64,000 nucleotides of DNA from Nitrospirota bacterium (GTDB lineage Bacteria > Nitrospirota > UBA9217), in assembly GCA_963840455.1 (NCBI GenBank), contig CAWIYV010000001.1:32001-96000 (forward strand), read 5' to 3'. Below, one piece after another: positions 9,829 to 19,357 of this stretch. The notes beneath the pieces are model-generated. The model saw only the letters and a program-made list of their open reading frames with translations. It was not told the origin of the DNA and did no database searches. A program made the position numbers and the translations under genes. Numbering within the stretch: position 1 is the stretch's first letter; every line of letters starts with the position of its first letter.

Positions 9829-10158
9829 ATGCTCAAATCCGGACCGGCAAAGAAGCTCACCATCTATCTCGACGAGTCGGACAGGGTCCATGGCAAACCT
9901 GTGTACGAGGTCCTGCTCGACATCTTCTTTAAAAGGAAGATCTCCGGCGCCAGCGTGTTCCGAGGCATCGAAGGCTACGGACATGACCGGGTGTTCCACA
10001 CCGCGAAGATCCTCGAGCTTTCCACAACCCTACCGGTCAGGGTCGAGGTCGTGGACACGCCCATCAAGATCGACGAGATCCTGCTCGAGATCACCCCCAT
10101 TGTTCATAAGGGGCTCATCACGGTGAGCGATACACAGGTGATAAAAGCGGGAAGCTGA
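9829..10158 (+). CDS. DUF190 (PII-like) protein, a usual crcB neighbour
   Basis: LTIYLDESD..HGKP, GASVFRGIEGYG, LPVRVEVVD. Confidence 0.88.
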   Translation: MLKSGPAKKLTIYLDESDRVHGKPVYEVLLDIFFKRKISGASVFRGIEGYGHDRVFHTAKILELSTTLPVRVEVVDTPIKIDEILLEITPIVHKGLITVSDTQVIKAGS

Positions 10159-10256
10159 AACCAGCTCGACATTCAAGGTTCAATCAATGAGCACCAAAGC
10201 AGACTCAAGGTTCGAACCTTAGTTCGCGGTCATCAATTTTCAAGGCGCTCTCTGCA

Positions 10257-10902
10257 ATGCCCAAGGATTTCACCAACCGACCCTTTGACAAGCTGAAAAA
10301 AGCAGCTCGAACGACGGCCGCCGCCAGCACCCGCACCCCCGCCGCCGCCGGTTCCGGACTCAAGACCCCTTACGGAGGATGAACTTTTTACACACGCCAT
10401 GACCGATGTCCAGGTGATCGAAGCGTTCCGGGTGCTGCCCTGCGCTAGGTTATCCCGGCGGGAAGCCCCGTCACGGGAGACGCGGGACCCTGATGACGAT
10501 GCCCTTGCCATCCTCAGGCAGATCGCCGAGGGTAGCCATCCCATCAATCTGTCGGACACGCAGGAATACATCGAGTGGACCAATCCCGAGGTGCCTGGTG
10601 AGGTCATCGGGAAACTGCATACCGGGCAATTCTCGGTGCAGGGCTATCTCGATCTCCATGGCTATACCGGTGATGAGGTCAACGAGACGCTCGACGCGTT
10701 CCTTGCAGAAGCGTTCCAGCGGGACTGGAAATGCGTCAAGGTCATCCATGGCCGGGGTTTGCGTTCGGTGAAGGGGCCGGTGCTGAAGGACGCGGTCGTC
10801 CGGAGGCTGGTGGGACGGTATCGGAAGCAGGTGATCGCCTTCGTCAGCGCGCGGCAATGCGACGGAGGGCTCGGCGCGCTGTATGTACTGCTGCGCCGGT
10901 GA
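10257..10902 (+). CDS. Smr/MutS2 domain protein, with an apparent +1 frameshift in the A6 run at 10296-10301
   Basis: MPKDFTNRPFDKLKK joins the Pro-rich linker and Smr domain (LDLHG, VIHGRG, GGLGALYVLL) if one A is removed. Confidence 0.85.
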
Positions 10903-10950
10903 TTCAATATTCCAGATTCATGGTTCTTGAATGCCTGTATATTGAATGAT
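10902..10950. repeat. 7-bp repeat array at the convergent smr/pcm junction
   Basis: attcaat attccag attcatg gttc, then ttgaatg twice. Confidence 0.55.
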
Positions 10951-10959
10951 CTTTACTCT

Positions 10960-11604
10960 TTACTCTTTCCAACCCTTCGCTCCGATGAGCGGAACGAACA
11001 CACAGGGGATGCTCGTTTTCGTGACCACGCCCGATGGCGATTTGATGACCTTCATCAGGACCTGGGAGTACCGTTCGCCAACGGGGATCACCAGCCTCCC
11101 GCCGTCCTTCAGCTGCTCCACCAGGGTGTCGGGAACGTCGGGTGCCGCAGCGGTGACGATTATAGCGTCGAAGGGCGACATCTCCTTCCACCCATAGGTC
11201 CCGTCGTAGACCTTCATGACCACGTTCTTGTAGCCCAGCCGGTCGAGCGTTGCCCGAGCCTTGTCGGCAAGGGTCTTCACCCGTTCGATGGTGAATACCT
11301 TCTGGCACAGCTCGGCGAGCACCGCGGCCTGGTAGCCCGACCCGGTCCCGATCTCGAGGACCCGCTCATCGCCCTTGAGCTCCAGGAGCTCGGACATAAG
11401 CGCAACGATGTAGGGCTGGGAGATGGTCTGGCCCTCTCCGATGGGCATGGCGTGGTCGCCGTAGGCCTGCGCCCGCAAGGCCTCGGGCATGAACTCGTGG
11501 CGAGGCACTTTGCCCATGACGGCCAGGACCCGGGGGTCCGTGACGCCGCGAAAGGCGATCTGCTCGTCCACCATGCGGCTGCGTTCTTTTTCGAAATTGA
11601 TCAT
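10960..11604 (-). CDS. pcm: Protein-L-isoaspartate O-methyltransferase
   Basis: GQTISQPYIVA, VLEIGTGSGYQAAVL, FVPLIG. Confidence 0.97.
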   Translation of the reverse strand: MINFEKERSRMVDEQIAFRGVTDPRVLAVMGKVPRHEFMPEALRAQAYGDHAMPIGEGQTISQPYIVALMSELLELKGDERVLEIGTGSGYQAAVLAELCQKVFTIERVKTLADKARATLDRLGYKNVVMKVYDGTYGWKEMSPFDAIIVTAAAPDVPDTLVEQLKDGGRLVIPVGERYSQVLMKVIKSPSGVVTKTSIPCVFVPLIGAKGWKE

Positions 11605-11632
11605 GTTTGGCTCAGCTTGCAGGCTTGCGGCG

Positions 11633-12409
11633 TTATTTTAGCTCTTCATGTTTCACGGGCTGCTCATAAGCGAGCATTTCGGCAGGCTTGAGAGCATCAA
11701 ATGCGGCATAGTCGGTAAGGTCCAGGTGCAGGGGCGTGATCGAGACCATACCCCGGTCGATGGCGTCGAAGTCCGTTCCCGGCTGGCGCTCCCACTCCGG
11801 CTCCCCTCCCCCGATCCAGTAGTACTTCTTTCCGCGCGGATCGACCCGCTCCACGGTCATCTGGTGGTAGATGCGCTTGCCAAGCCGGGTGAGCGTCGTC
11901 CCCTTTATCTCCGGGAGCGGCAGGTTCGGCACGTTCACGTTCAGGAGCGTCCCTTTGGGAAGGCCCTGCGCAAGGACCAGCCGGGCGACCTGCAGGCCGA
12001 CCTCGGCGGCTTCGGCGAACAGGAAGTTCTCGCGGGCGGAGAGCGAAATGGAGAAGGAGGGAACGCCCAGGATCAGCGCCTCGATGGCGCCGGCGACCGT
12101 GCCCGAATAGGTCACGTTGTCGCCCATGTTGGGCCCCTTGTTGATGCCCGAGACCACGAGCTTCGGCACTTCTTTCAGGAGACCTTTGACCGCGATATTT
12201 ACGCAATCCGTCGGCGTGCCGTTCACGCTGTAGACGCCATCCTTCAGCTGCTCGATGAGCAGCGGCCGGTGGAGCGTCATGGAATGACCGGCCGCGCTCC
12301 GCTCCCGGTCCGGCGCGACGATGACCACTTCGTCAAGGGCTTTCAGGCGCTTTGCGAGAAGTTGGATGCCGGGTGAATAGACACCGTCATCGTTCGTTAC
12401 GAGGATCAC
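11633..12409 (-). CDS. surE: 5'/3'-nucleotidase SurE
   Basis: ILVTNDDG, GTPTDCV, SGINKGPNMG, YSGTVAGA. Confidence 0.97.
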   Translation of the reverse strand: MILVTNDDGVYSPGIQLLAKRLKALDEVVIVAPDRERSAAGHSMTLHRPLLIEQLKDGVYSVNGTPTDCVNIAVKGLLKEVPKLVVSGINKGPNMGDNVTYSGTVAGAIEALILGVPSFSISLSARENFLFAEAAEVGLQVARLVLAQGLPKGTLLNVNVPNLPLPEIKGTTLTRLGKRIYHQMTVERVDPRGKKYYWIGGGEPEWERQPGTDFDAIDRGMVSITPLHLDLTDYAAFDALKPAEMLAYEQPVKHEELK

Positions 12410-12641
12410 AGAGCACTCCTTTCAAGTGCAGTTAAGGGCTCGTCGGCGCACAAGCTTGCATGCTTATGCGATAATAGGCTGAGGTTTGGATAGACTGCGC
12501 CAACTTACTGTTTCCCCGGCTGCAAAGGTAACAGTTTTTTCTGGTCGCTATATATAGCCAAGCCAGTCATATGAGTCTTTAACCGATTTATCTTATAGCA
12601 CGATTTATTTTACATTACTAGCAGTCTCTACCGGAATTTCC

Positions 12642-12915
12642 TTATACACCTTCATTCGTGCCGTTCTGACCTGCTCCTGCAAGAAGGCGCCCATAGAGCG
12701 GCTCAATATGATCACACATACGTTTTGCGCTAAACTCACTTGACCGAGCCAATGCTGCTGCGCCCATCGTATCCTGTCCATTGGGATCAAGCAGCAAAGG
12801 AATGATCATGGCTGCCTGTGTACTCGGATCGGCTGGAGGGACCAGCCGGCCCGACTTGCCATCTTCTATCAGTTCCGGTAGACCGGTAACGACCGATGCG
12901 GCGACTTCAGGCCAA
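12642..12915 (-). pseudogene. C-terminal fragment of a GT4 glycosyltransferase
   Basis: VAASVVTGLPELIEDGKSGRLVPPADP...MGAAALARSSEFSAKRM matches the GT4 C-terminus; the N-terminal part is absent. Confidence 0.7.
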
Positions 12916-13136
12916 CCTCGACCGCAGCTGCGAACCAGAAATACTAGCGGTCGGGAAGAGAGATGGCGAATGAAGGTATGTTGAGGATCAGCGTTTCGAT
13001 TGATACAGCGACCGTCCCTGAGTAGGCCACGTCGTCGCCTAGGCTCGGGCACTTGTGGAGTGCCGTTCACGCTACAAACGCGCTACGCGCTCCATCTCCC
13101 TCTCCCGATATTTCCGCAGGGTGATCTACAGAAAAT

Positions 13137-13168
13137 AAAAGCCGCTGACAATTTTATCGGCGGCTTTT
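13137..13168. terminator. Terminator-like hairpin downstream of the DUF11 cluster
   Basis: AAAAGCCGCTGA...TCGGCGGCTTTT inverted repeat with A/T tails. Confidence 0.75.
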
Positions 13169-13206
13169 GTCATTCTTTCCCGGTTTCCGAGGTCGCCTGC
13201 CCCACC

Positions 13207-16200
13207 CTACTGTCCGGTAATCCACTTCACCGCGTCGCGGACCGAAGCTTGGTCGAACTTCATCCGGAGCTTGACGAAAGGACCTTCAGCCGTGAAGTCC
13301 GCCTTCGAGAAGTCCCGGTCCATGAAGCCGATGAAATTGTATCCCACGCTGATCCAGAGGTTCATGGCCGCCTGGAGGCCCACCGACGCCTGCGTACTGT
13401 AGTCCGTCTGGCCGATGGCAAGCGATCGGAGCATGCTGACGCGCATCCCCACGTCCACCTTTTTCGTGATGTCGTACCGCCCCTCGATGCCGGTCAGATC
13501 CGTGTAGCCGCGGTAGTCGTTCTTTTCGATGGTCTCGCTCACGAACTTGGAGCCGTACTGGAAGGACCACTGCGTCCTGCCCTCGAGCTTGAAGTTCAGC
13601 ACGAAGTTATTCACCACCCGCCAGTTCTCGTAGGGCAGGTCCACGCCCTTCTGCTCCGCCTGAAGGAAGTCGAGCCGGTCGAGGAAGATGACGCGCGTCT
13701 CTAGAGGCCGGTAGGCCGCGCCGAGGCGGAGATCTCCTGAGAAGCTGACCGGTCCCGCAACGTTGACGGTCCGGAAGGTCTGGAGGCCCGCAGCAAGCGC
13801 GAGGCCGTTGCCCACCTCTCCGTTTGCGCCCCCGAAGACACCGAGTTTGTCTTCCGTCGTCGACCAGCGCTCCTCGACGCGGCCGGTCCACGACCACCGG
13901 TCAGCCCTGTACGCCGCGCCGAGGAAAACAGCTGTGAAGTCCTCGGTGCCACCCGACGCTGGCGGGACGTTCGTGTTCATCGAGTACTCGCCCGTCTTGT
14001 GGATCGTGGCTGACCGGTCGAAACCGGTATCAAGGCTCCACCGGCTGGTCAGCTGCCAGGCCTGCTTCAAACCGGTGGTGGCGAAGAGCCGGTTGCCGTT
14101 TTCCGTGGTCTGCTGCTCCATGGTCTGATTCAGCTGGGCGCCAGTCCAGGGGGCTGACCGGATGCCAACGCGGGACGTGGCCGTGTTCGCCTGAATGCCC
14201 CGCGTTACTTCCTGGTCCGCAAAGAGCGTTGTGTTCTTGGTGAGCAGGTAGTCCATTCCCACGGTCGTGCGCGTCGGGAAGTCCACGCTCGAGTCGGAAC
14301 TGTTCAGGGTCTGATCGTGCTGGATGCGGCCGGCCAACCGCTGGGAGAACTGGTATTTCGCGCCAAGGAAGATCTGCTCGGAACGGTGAACCTCACCCGT
14401 GCCGAGCGTGTCCTCGGCGTGCCGCAGCCCGGCGAAGACCTCATAGCCCGGCATGGCGTAGCGAGCCCGCGCCTCGGCCATGTCGCGCACCGCGCCAGTG
14501 GAGAGGTTCTCCTGACGGAAGACCTCGCCACCCAGGGACCAGGGTTGGTTGATGCGGTACAGCAGATCGCCGCCGACCTTGCGCGTTCCGGTTTCGCTGC
14601 CGTTCTGCTGGCCCACCCCGAAGCCGGGCTCCTGCTCGCGGACATACACCTTCCCTTCCGCCTGCTCGGAGCGGTGCTGGATCTCGGCAAGGTACGCCGA
14701 GCCTTCAATTGTAGTCCCGGCATTATCGCTCGAGGACCGAGCGGCCTCGGCGCGCAGCGTCGTGGACGGTGTCAGCCGGACCGAAGCGTCTACGCCGGTC
14801 AGGTTATTCTCGAGGCCCCGCGCCCCTTCATGGGCATGGGTCACGCCGACCTGGCTGCGCCGATCCAGCGAGTTCACGGCTACGCGGCCGCCATAGGTGT
14901 ACGACGTGTTCGAGGGATCGAAAGTCTCGTACTCGGTCACGATGTACACGGGGTTGAAGTTCTCGTCGCGGCTCTGCACGGGGGACTTGAAGAACAGCGT
15001 GCCGGACTCGTAATCGATGGTGTAATCCACATTCCGGCTAAGCCGCTGGGCCGACACGATCACCTCGCTCTTGAACCGGTCGCGGGCCTCGATCGTGACG
15101 GACTCCGAGTTCAGCACGATGTTCCTGCGTGACAGGTGGTAGAGGCCCGATGTACCGTCGCCGCGGAGCTCGTCCTTCACGTGCGCCTGATCGGTGTCCG
15201 CCGCGAAGACGGTGTACTCGAAGCGGTCGCCCTTCATCTCGGACTTCACGCCCGTTAGGTTCCTACTGTACCGGGATAGCTCGGTCATCGTCAAGCCCGT
15301 GGCGTAGTCGCCGAAGAGAGCATAGAACTGGCCTCGCTCCAGCTTGACATACACATGCTTGGCGCTCGGTGCGTCGTTCAGCTGCTCCGTGGCGTCGCCG
15401 TACAGCATATAGTACTTGTTCGGGTCAATGTACTGATACATGTTTCGCCGGCCGCCTGGTTCCTTCGCGCTGTCGTAGGCCGCGGTCAGGAGCCACTCGC
15501 CCTTGATCACGCCCTTGGTGTAGAAGGCCACGCGACCCTCGTGGTAGAGGTCGTCCGAGCCGCCCGTGGCGCCGAAGGACTCCATGTTCCCGGTCACGAT
15601 ATTGTATCCCACCGTGCCTTCGGCAAGGCCGACGAGCACCCAGTCGCGGGCCTCGGGCCGGAGCCACGCGCGAACCTCCTGGGACCCCGACGCGAGCGGA
15701 ATGCGCACCACCGCCTCGCCGGACTGCGTCGTCGGCGCCAGCTCGATCAGGGCGATACCATCGGCGCCCACCTGGTAGCGTATCCGGTCCGTGGCCGGGC
15801 CGGAGATCGGCGACTGCTGGAGCTGGGCCGCGCGCTGCTGCGCGAAATGCGGCGGATCCACCGTAAACTCACCGGCGATCCCCTCGCGCGCCGGATGACC
15901 GTCCTTGTCCAGCAGGCGCACCGCGATGGCCGGGGGGGTGATCCCATCAGCGAGCAGCCGCGACCGTTCGGGGACGAAGACCGCTGCCACGGGGTTTCCG
16001 GAATAATGGACAATCCGGAACATCTGATGGAGCACGGTGCCCGCCTCGTCCCTGACCACGACCTCGAAGCGGTTGTCGCCCTCAACGATGTTGATACCGC
16101 TCCATGTGCTCACCGCCAGACCGCCGTCGCCCCGCTTTAGAGTGCCTTCGAAATATATCGGGTCCACGGGCTTTCCGTCTTGCAGAAGCGTGAGGCGGTG

Positions 16201-19200
16201 CACGGGGTCGTGCTTGAACGCGGCCTTAGTGCTCGGTATAGATGGATGGTAGTTCTCCGGCGGCCAGAGCCAGCTGAAACCGGCGACCGCAGACCCGAGC
16301 CACGCCGCATTGTAGTCGGGCATGGCGTTTCCTGCGGAGCGGTCCGTAGCCTCCGCGTTCGCTTCCTGTGGCCACTCCTCGCCCGGCCGCAGACCCATCG
16401 TTGCCACGGCCTTCATGCCGCTGGGTGGACCGCTCACCAGCGCCGGCACGGCGACGATGATCTTGGGAGGCCTGATCCGGAGCTCCACCCGGCGGTTCCG
16501 TGCGCGGCCCTGCTCGGTACTGTTGCTCGCCACGGGCTCGTCCGGCCCCTTGCCGTCATAGGTGATCTGGTCGGACGTGAGGCCCAGACCGTCGGCAATG
16601 TACGCTCCGACCGTGGCAGCCCGCTCGTAGGACAGCGCGTAGTTGTCGGGGTAGCACGCCTGCAGCCGGGGGCTGATTCGCCGGGCGTCGGTGTGGCCGG
16701 TGACCGTGATATGCTCCACCGACTTCTGTTTCATCCGGGAGATGACGCGGTCCAGTTCCTCTTTGTCCCGCCGGGTAAGCTCGGCGCTCCCACTTTCGAA
16801 CTCGGGATGCAACACGATGTCCGGCGCCGGACGGAGCTCGTCTCGTGTGCCGCGGACGAGCTCCGTGCTCACCGCCGGCGTGCGGTTGTTCTTGCCCTCC
16901 GGCGAGTCAGCGGTAAGGATGGCGGAGGTTCTGAACTGAGCGCCTTCAGGGCCGCTGACGGGCACAACCGTATCGAAGGAAAGCGTTCCACCCCAGTTCG
17001 CCGGGATCTCGGCGAACCGGAAGGTGACCGTGCTGCCAATCTCTTGCGGCTCATCGATGGGGAACGCCTTCCAAAACGTGCCGGTCGGATTGCTGACTGG
17101 CCTGCACTCGGGTCGCGGCCCGGCTGCAAAGGCGGCCGTACCTGGCCGGTAAACACCCCCTTCGGGCAGCATGATGGAGAGCTTCAGGTTCCGCGCCGGC
17201 ACCACGCCGACGTGCACCGGGACCGTATATTGAATGAGGTCTTTCCCCTCCTCCAGAGGCGGCTCGCCAGGTGCCGGCCGCTTCGGAGACGTGAGGATCT
17301 CGATGCCGACCTCGCCGACCTGTTTCGGCTTGAGGCCCACGTGGAAGTCCGCGCGCCAGAGCGCCCCGCCTTGGAGGTCCACAAACTGAGAGAACGGTGT
17401 GCCGGCAAACCGCGTGTTCTCCTCGCAGGCCATGACCTCGTACTTCTCCGGCAACGTCGACAGGTCGACCTGCACCACATGCGTGCCCGGCTGCACGGCT
17501 GCGAAGTGGTACATGCCGTTCTGGTCGGTCACCACGAATGTCCCATCCTCGCGGTAAATCCGCACTCCCGCGAGACCGCCCTCCTCGCGCCGCTCCTTGT
17601 CACCACAGCCGTCCACGCTGACCCGTCCGACGATGGTCGCCGTGCTCCGGAACAGGTCCTCAATGACCACGACTGTGGCCTGCGCCGTGTTCGAAATCGC
17701 GCCGGGCGTGCCGGAGGCAACGGCTGTGTTGGTTGCTATGCCCGGCCGGGCCCCAGCGCCCACCTCGGCCACATAGACGATGTCGGCCTTGGTTCCAGCT
17801 GACAGGTCGCCAGCAGAGAAAGTCAGACTGCGGCCGTCAGAGGAAACAACGGGATCGGCGGTTGTCGCGCTGTTCAAGCGTGCCGAGCCTTTCCGGTAGC
17901 GGAAGCCAATCGGCAGCCGGTCCGTGACCATGACCGCCAGGATATTGCCGGTAGAATTATTTTCCACGGTGAGGCGATAGGGTACGAAGTCCCCCACCGC
18001 TGCGGTCTGTTTGCCTGCCGTCTTGACAAGCCACAGGCTTGCGTTCACGGGGTCCACGGGGATGTCTATGTGGATGGAAGGGCCGGGATTCACAACGAAG
18101 TCCTCGCCACGCGACCCGGGTATTACGATGGCGAAGGGCCCGCCTGGCAGCGTCTGGATGATGTTGGTCGCCACCTGGGACGGCGCGCCGTAGCCAGTGG
18201 GAGGCGTCACAACAAGCCGATAGGTGCCGGGCGCGACGATGAAAGGAAACCGGTAGCCGCCGGGCGTGAAGGTGTAGATTCTGCCGCTGCCGTCCGTAGC
18301 CGTGGCGCCCGAGACAACTGCCGATGGGAAAATGCTGACGCCGTCCTCGCCGTACACCGTGGCCGGAAGGCCGGTCGAAGCATCGATCATCGTAACCGTG
18401 GCCCCGTCCACCGGGAGACCGGACACACTGCTGAAGACTAGTCCGTAGGGATCGACCAGCGCCCCTGCTACCGGTGTGTCCACCGCATCGGCACTGTCGG
18501 TGTACGACGCATTGATACGCGATCCGGTCGCCACCTGCAGGACGCCATTCCCACTCGCGGCCGGCGTAGGCCCGGTCTGGATGTACCCGGCGAAAACGCC
18601 CGTGTTCGGGCCGGATTCAAGGAGCCGCAGCACCTCCGTGTCAAGGGTCACGGGGTTCTGGATGGTAACAAGCACGGTCTCACGGACTGCGGGATCCAGG
18701 TTCTGGTCCAGATCAGTCAGCCGGATGAATACTGGTTCTCCCATGTTGAACTGCGTTGCAGGCACGAGCGGGACCGGAGCTGAGAGATCGATAGGCGCCG
18801 AGCCGACGCCTGGAGTTATATGCACCGGCGGGGCAAGCGCGATGAACGTGCCCGTCGGAGTGCCGTTATTGCTGTAGGACGTCGTCCCGACGGACACGAG
18901 CTGGGCGCCCGGCGCACCAGGGCCGTACTGCAGGAGTTCCAGGGTCGAAGGGGTGCGGAGCGCGATCGTGGTCACGGTGACGCTGTTTGAGCTGACCAGT
19001 AGAGGGACTGAGGATGCTCCGGTGGTATAGACCGCTGCTGCGGTGTTTATGATGTTCGTTCCGGGCAGCGTCGCGGAAATACTCGCTACGGGTACGAGCA
19101 TGATGGATAAGAATGCAAGAAGAACGATGATTAAGGAGAATAATGACGACGTTCTGACCGATGAGTCTCTGTTCTGACGGCTGGCGGCAGCCATGTCGGG

Positions 19201-19281
19201 GCGCACAAGTGGCATCATGCCGGTATTGCTGCCGGATGCCCGTTTCACGCGTATCGTTTGTATGCGCTTATCCCTTTCCAA
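13207..19281 (-). CDS. Giant exported protein: donor-like N-strand, Ig/carboxypeptidase-regulatory-like domains, complete DUF11 domain, SdrD-B-like domain, OmpA-C domain, predicted C-terminal beta-barrel (start uncertain)
   Basis: Hydrophobic signal ending ASISA; LVKT..VGDFVPYRLTVEN..VTDRLP..ATNTAVA (DUF11); VTGHTD..LSYERA..GRARNRRVEL (OmpA); ~800 aa of amphipathic strands ending FVKLRMKF. Confidence 0.85.
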   Translation of the reverse strand: MERDKRIQTIRVKRASGSNTGMMPLVRPDMAAASRQNRDSSVRTSSLFSLIIVLLAFLSIMLVPVASISATLPGTNIINTAAAVYTTGASSVPLLVSSNSVTVTTIALRTPSTLELLQYGPGAPGAQLVSVGTTSYSNNGTPTGTFIALAPPVHITPGVGSAPIDLSAPVPLVPATQFNMGEPVFIRLTDLDQNLDPAVRETVLVTIQNPVTLDTEVLRLLESGPNTGVFAGYIQTGPTPAASGNGVLQVATGSRINASYTDSADAVDTPVAGALVDPYGLVFSSVSGLPVDGATVTMIDASTGLPATVYGEDGVSIFPSAVVSGATATDGSGRIYTFTPGGYRFPFIVAPGTYRLVVTPPTGYGAPSQVATNIIQTLPGGPFAIVIPGSRGEDFVVNPGPSIHIDIPVDPVNASLWLVKTAGKQTAAVGDFVPYRLTVENNSTGNILAVMVTDRLPIGFRYRKGSARLNSATTADPVVSSDGRSLTFSAGDLSAGTKADIVYVAEVGAGARPGIATNTAVASGTPGAISNTAQATVVVIEDLFRSTATIVGRVSVDGCGDKERREEGGLAGVRIYREDGTFVVTDQNGMYHFAAVQPGTHVVQVDLSTLPEKYEVMACEENTRFAGTPFSQFVDLQGGALWRADFHVGLKPKQVGEVGIEILTSPKRPAPGEPPLEEGKDLIQYTVPVHVGVVPARNLKLSIMLPEGGVYRPGTAAFAAGPRPECRPVSNPTGTFWKAFPIDEPQEIGSTVTFRFAEIPANWGGTLSFDTVVPVSGPEGAQFRTSAILTADSPEGKNNRTPAVSTELVRGTRDELRPAPDIVLHPEFESGSAELTRRDKEELDRVISRMKQKSVEHITVTGHTDARRISPRLQACYPDNYALSYERAATVGAYIADGLGLTSDQITYDGKGPDEPVASNSTEQGRARNRRVELRIRPPKIIVAVPALVSGPPSGMKAVATMGLRPGEEWPQEANAEATDRSAGNAMPDYNAAWLGSAVAGFSWLWPPENYHPSIPSTKAAFKHDPVHRLTLLQDGKPVDPIYFEGTLKRGDGGLAVSTWSGINIVEGDNRFEVVVRDEAGTVLHQMFRIVHYSGNPVAAVFVPERSRLLADGITPPAIAVRLLDKDGHPAREGIAGEFTVDPPHFAQQRAAQLQQSPISGPATDRIRYQVGADGIALIELAPTTQSGEAVVRIPLASGSQEVRAWLRPEARDWVLVGLAEGTVGYNIVTGNMESFGATGGSDDLYHEGRVAFYTKGVIKGEWLLTAAYDSAKEPGGRRNMYQYIDPNKYYMLYGDATEQLNDAPSAKHVYVKLERGQFYALFGDYATGLTMTELSRYSRNLTGVKSEMKGDRFEYTVFAADTDQAHVKDELRGDGTSGLYHLSRRNIVLNSESVTIEARDRFKSEVIVSAQRLSRNVDYTIDYESGTLFFKSPVQSRDENFNPVYIVTEYETFDPSNTSYTYGGRVAVNSLDRRSQVGVTHAHEGARGLENNLTGVDASVRLTPSTTLRAEAARSSSDNAGTTIEGSAYLAEIQHRSEQAEGKVYVREQEPGFGVGQQNGSETGTRKVGGDLLYRINQPWSLGGEVFRQENLSTGAVRDMAEARARYAMPGYEVFAGLRHAEDTLGTGEVHRSEQIFLGAKYQFSQRLAGRIQHDQTLNSSDSSVDFPTRTTVGMDYLLTKNTTLFADQEVTRGIQANTATSRVGIRSAPWTGAQLNQTMEQQTTENGNRLFATTGLKQAWQLTSRWSLDTGFDRSATIHKTGEYSMNTNVPPASGGTEDFTAVFLGAAYRADRWSWTGRVEERWSTTEDKLGVFGGANGEVGNGLALAAGLQTFRTVNVAGPVSFSGDLRLGAAYRPLETRVIFLDRLDFLQAEQKGVDLPYENWRVVNNFVLNFKLEGRTQWSFQYGSKFVSETIEKNDYRGYTDLTGIEGRYDITKKVDVGMRVSMLRSLAIGQTDYSTQASVGLQAAMNLWISVGYNFIGFMDRDFSKADFTAEGPFVKLRMKFDQASVRDAVKWITGQ

Positions 19282-19306
19282 TGGTTACCGTTCTACTCCT
19301 GAAAAT

Positions 19307-19336
19307 CTCCCCTCCCACACTCAGGTGGGAGGGGAG
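19307..19336 (-). terminator. Strong intercistronic hairpin between the pilin and anchor genes
   Basis: CTCCCCTCCCAC-6nt-GTGGGAGGGGAG perfect 12-bp stem, followed by ATTTT on the minus strand. Confidence 0.7.
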
Positions 19337-19357
19337 TGGTCGCTGCAGCTTTTTAAT

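Noticed and set aside
10293-10302. A6G as a programmed -1 frameshift site in the smr gene
   Set aside because: The phase is CTG AAA AAA G and a +1 shift is needed, not -1; it matches the other insertion-type errors.
12410-12640. attR copy of the tRNA-Pro 3' end at the far side of the accessory block
   Set aside because: Only a 6-nt match (TGGTCG, ~12542) was found, and there is no integrase gene.
13207-19281. Classical chaperone-usher (PapC/FimD) or autotransporter assignment for the giant protein
   Set aside because: No usher or PapD motifs recognised; the internal OmpA-C domain and ~800-aa beta region do not fit a 12-strand autotransporter barrel.
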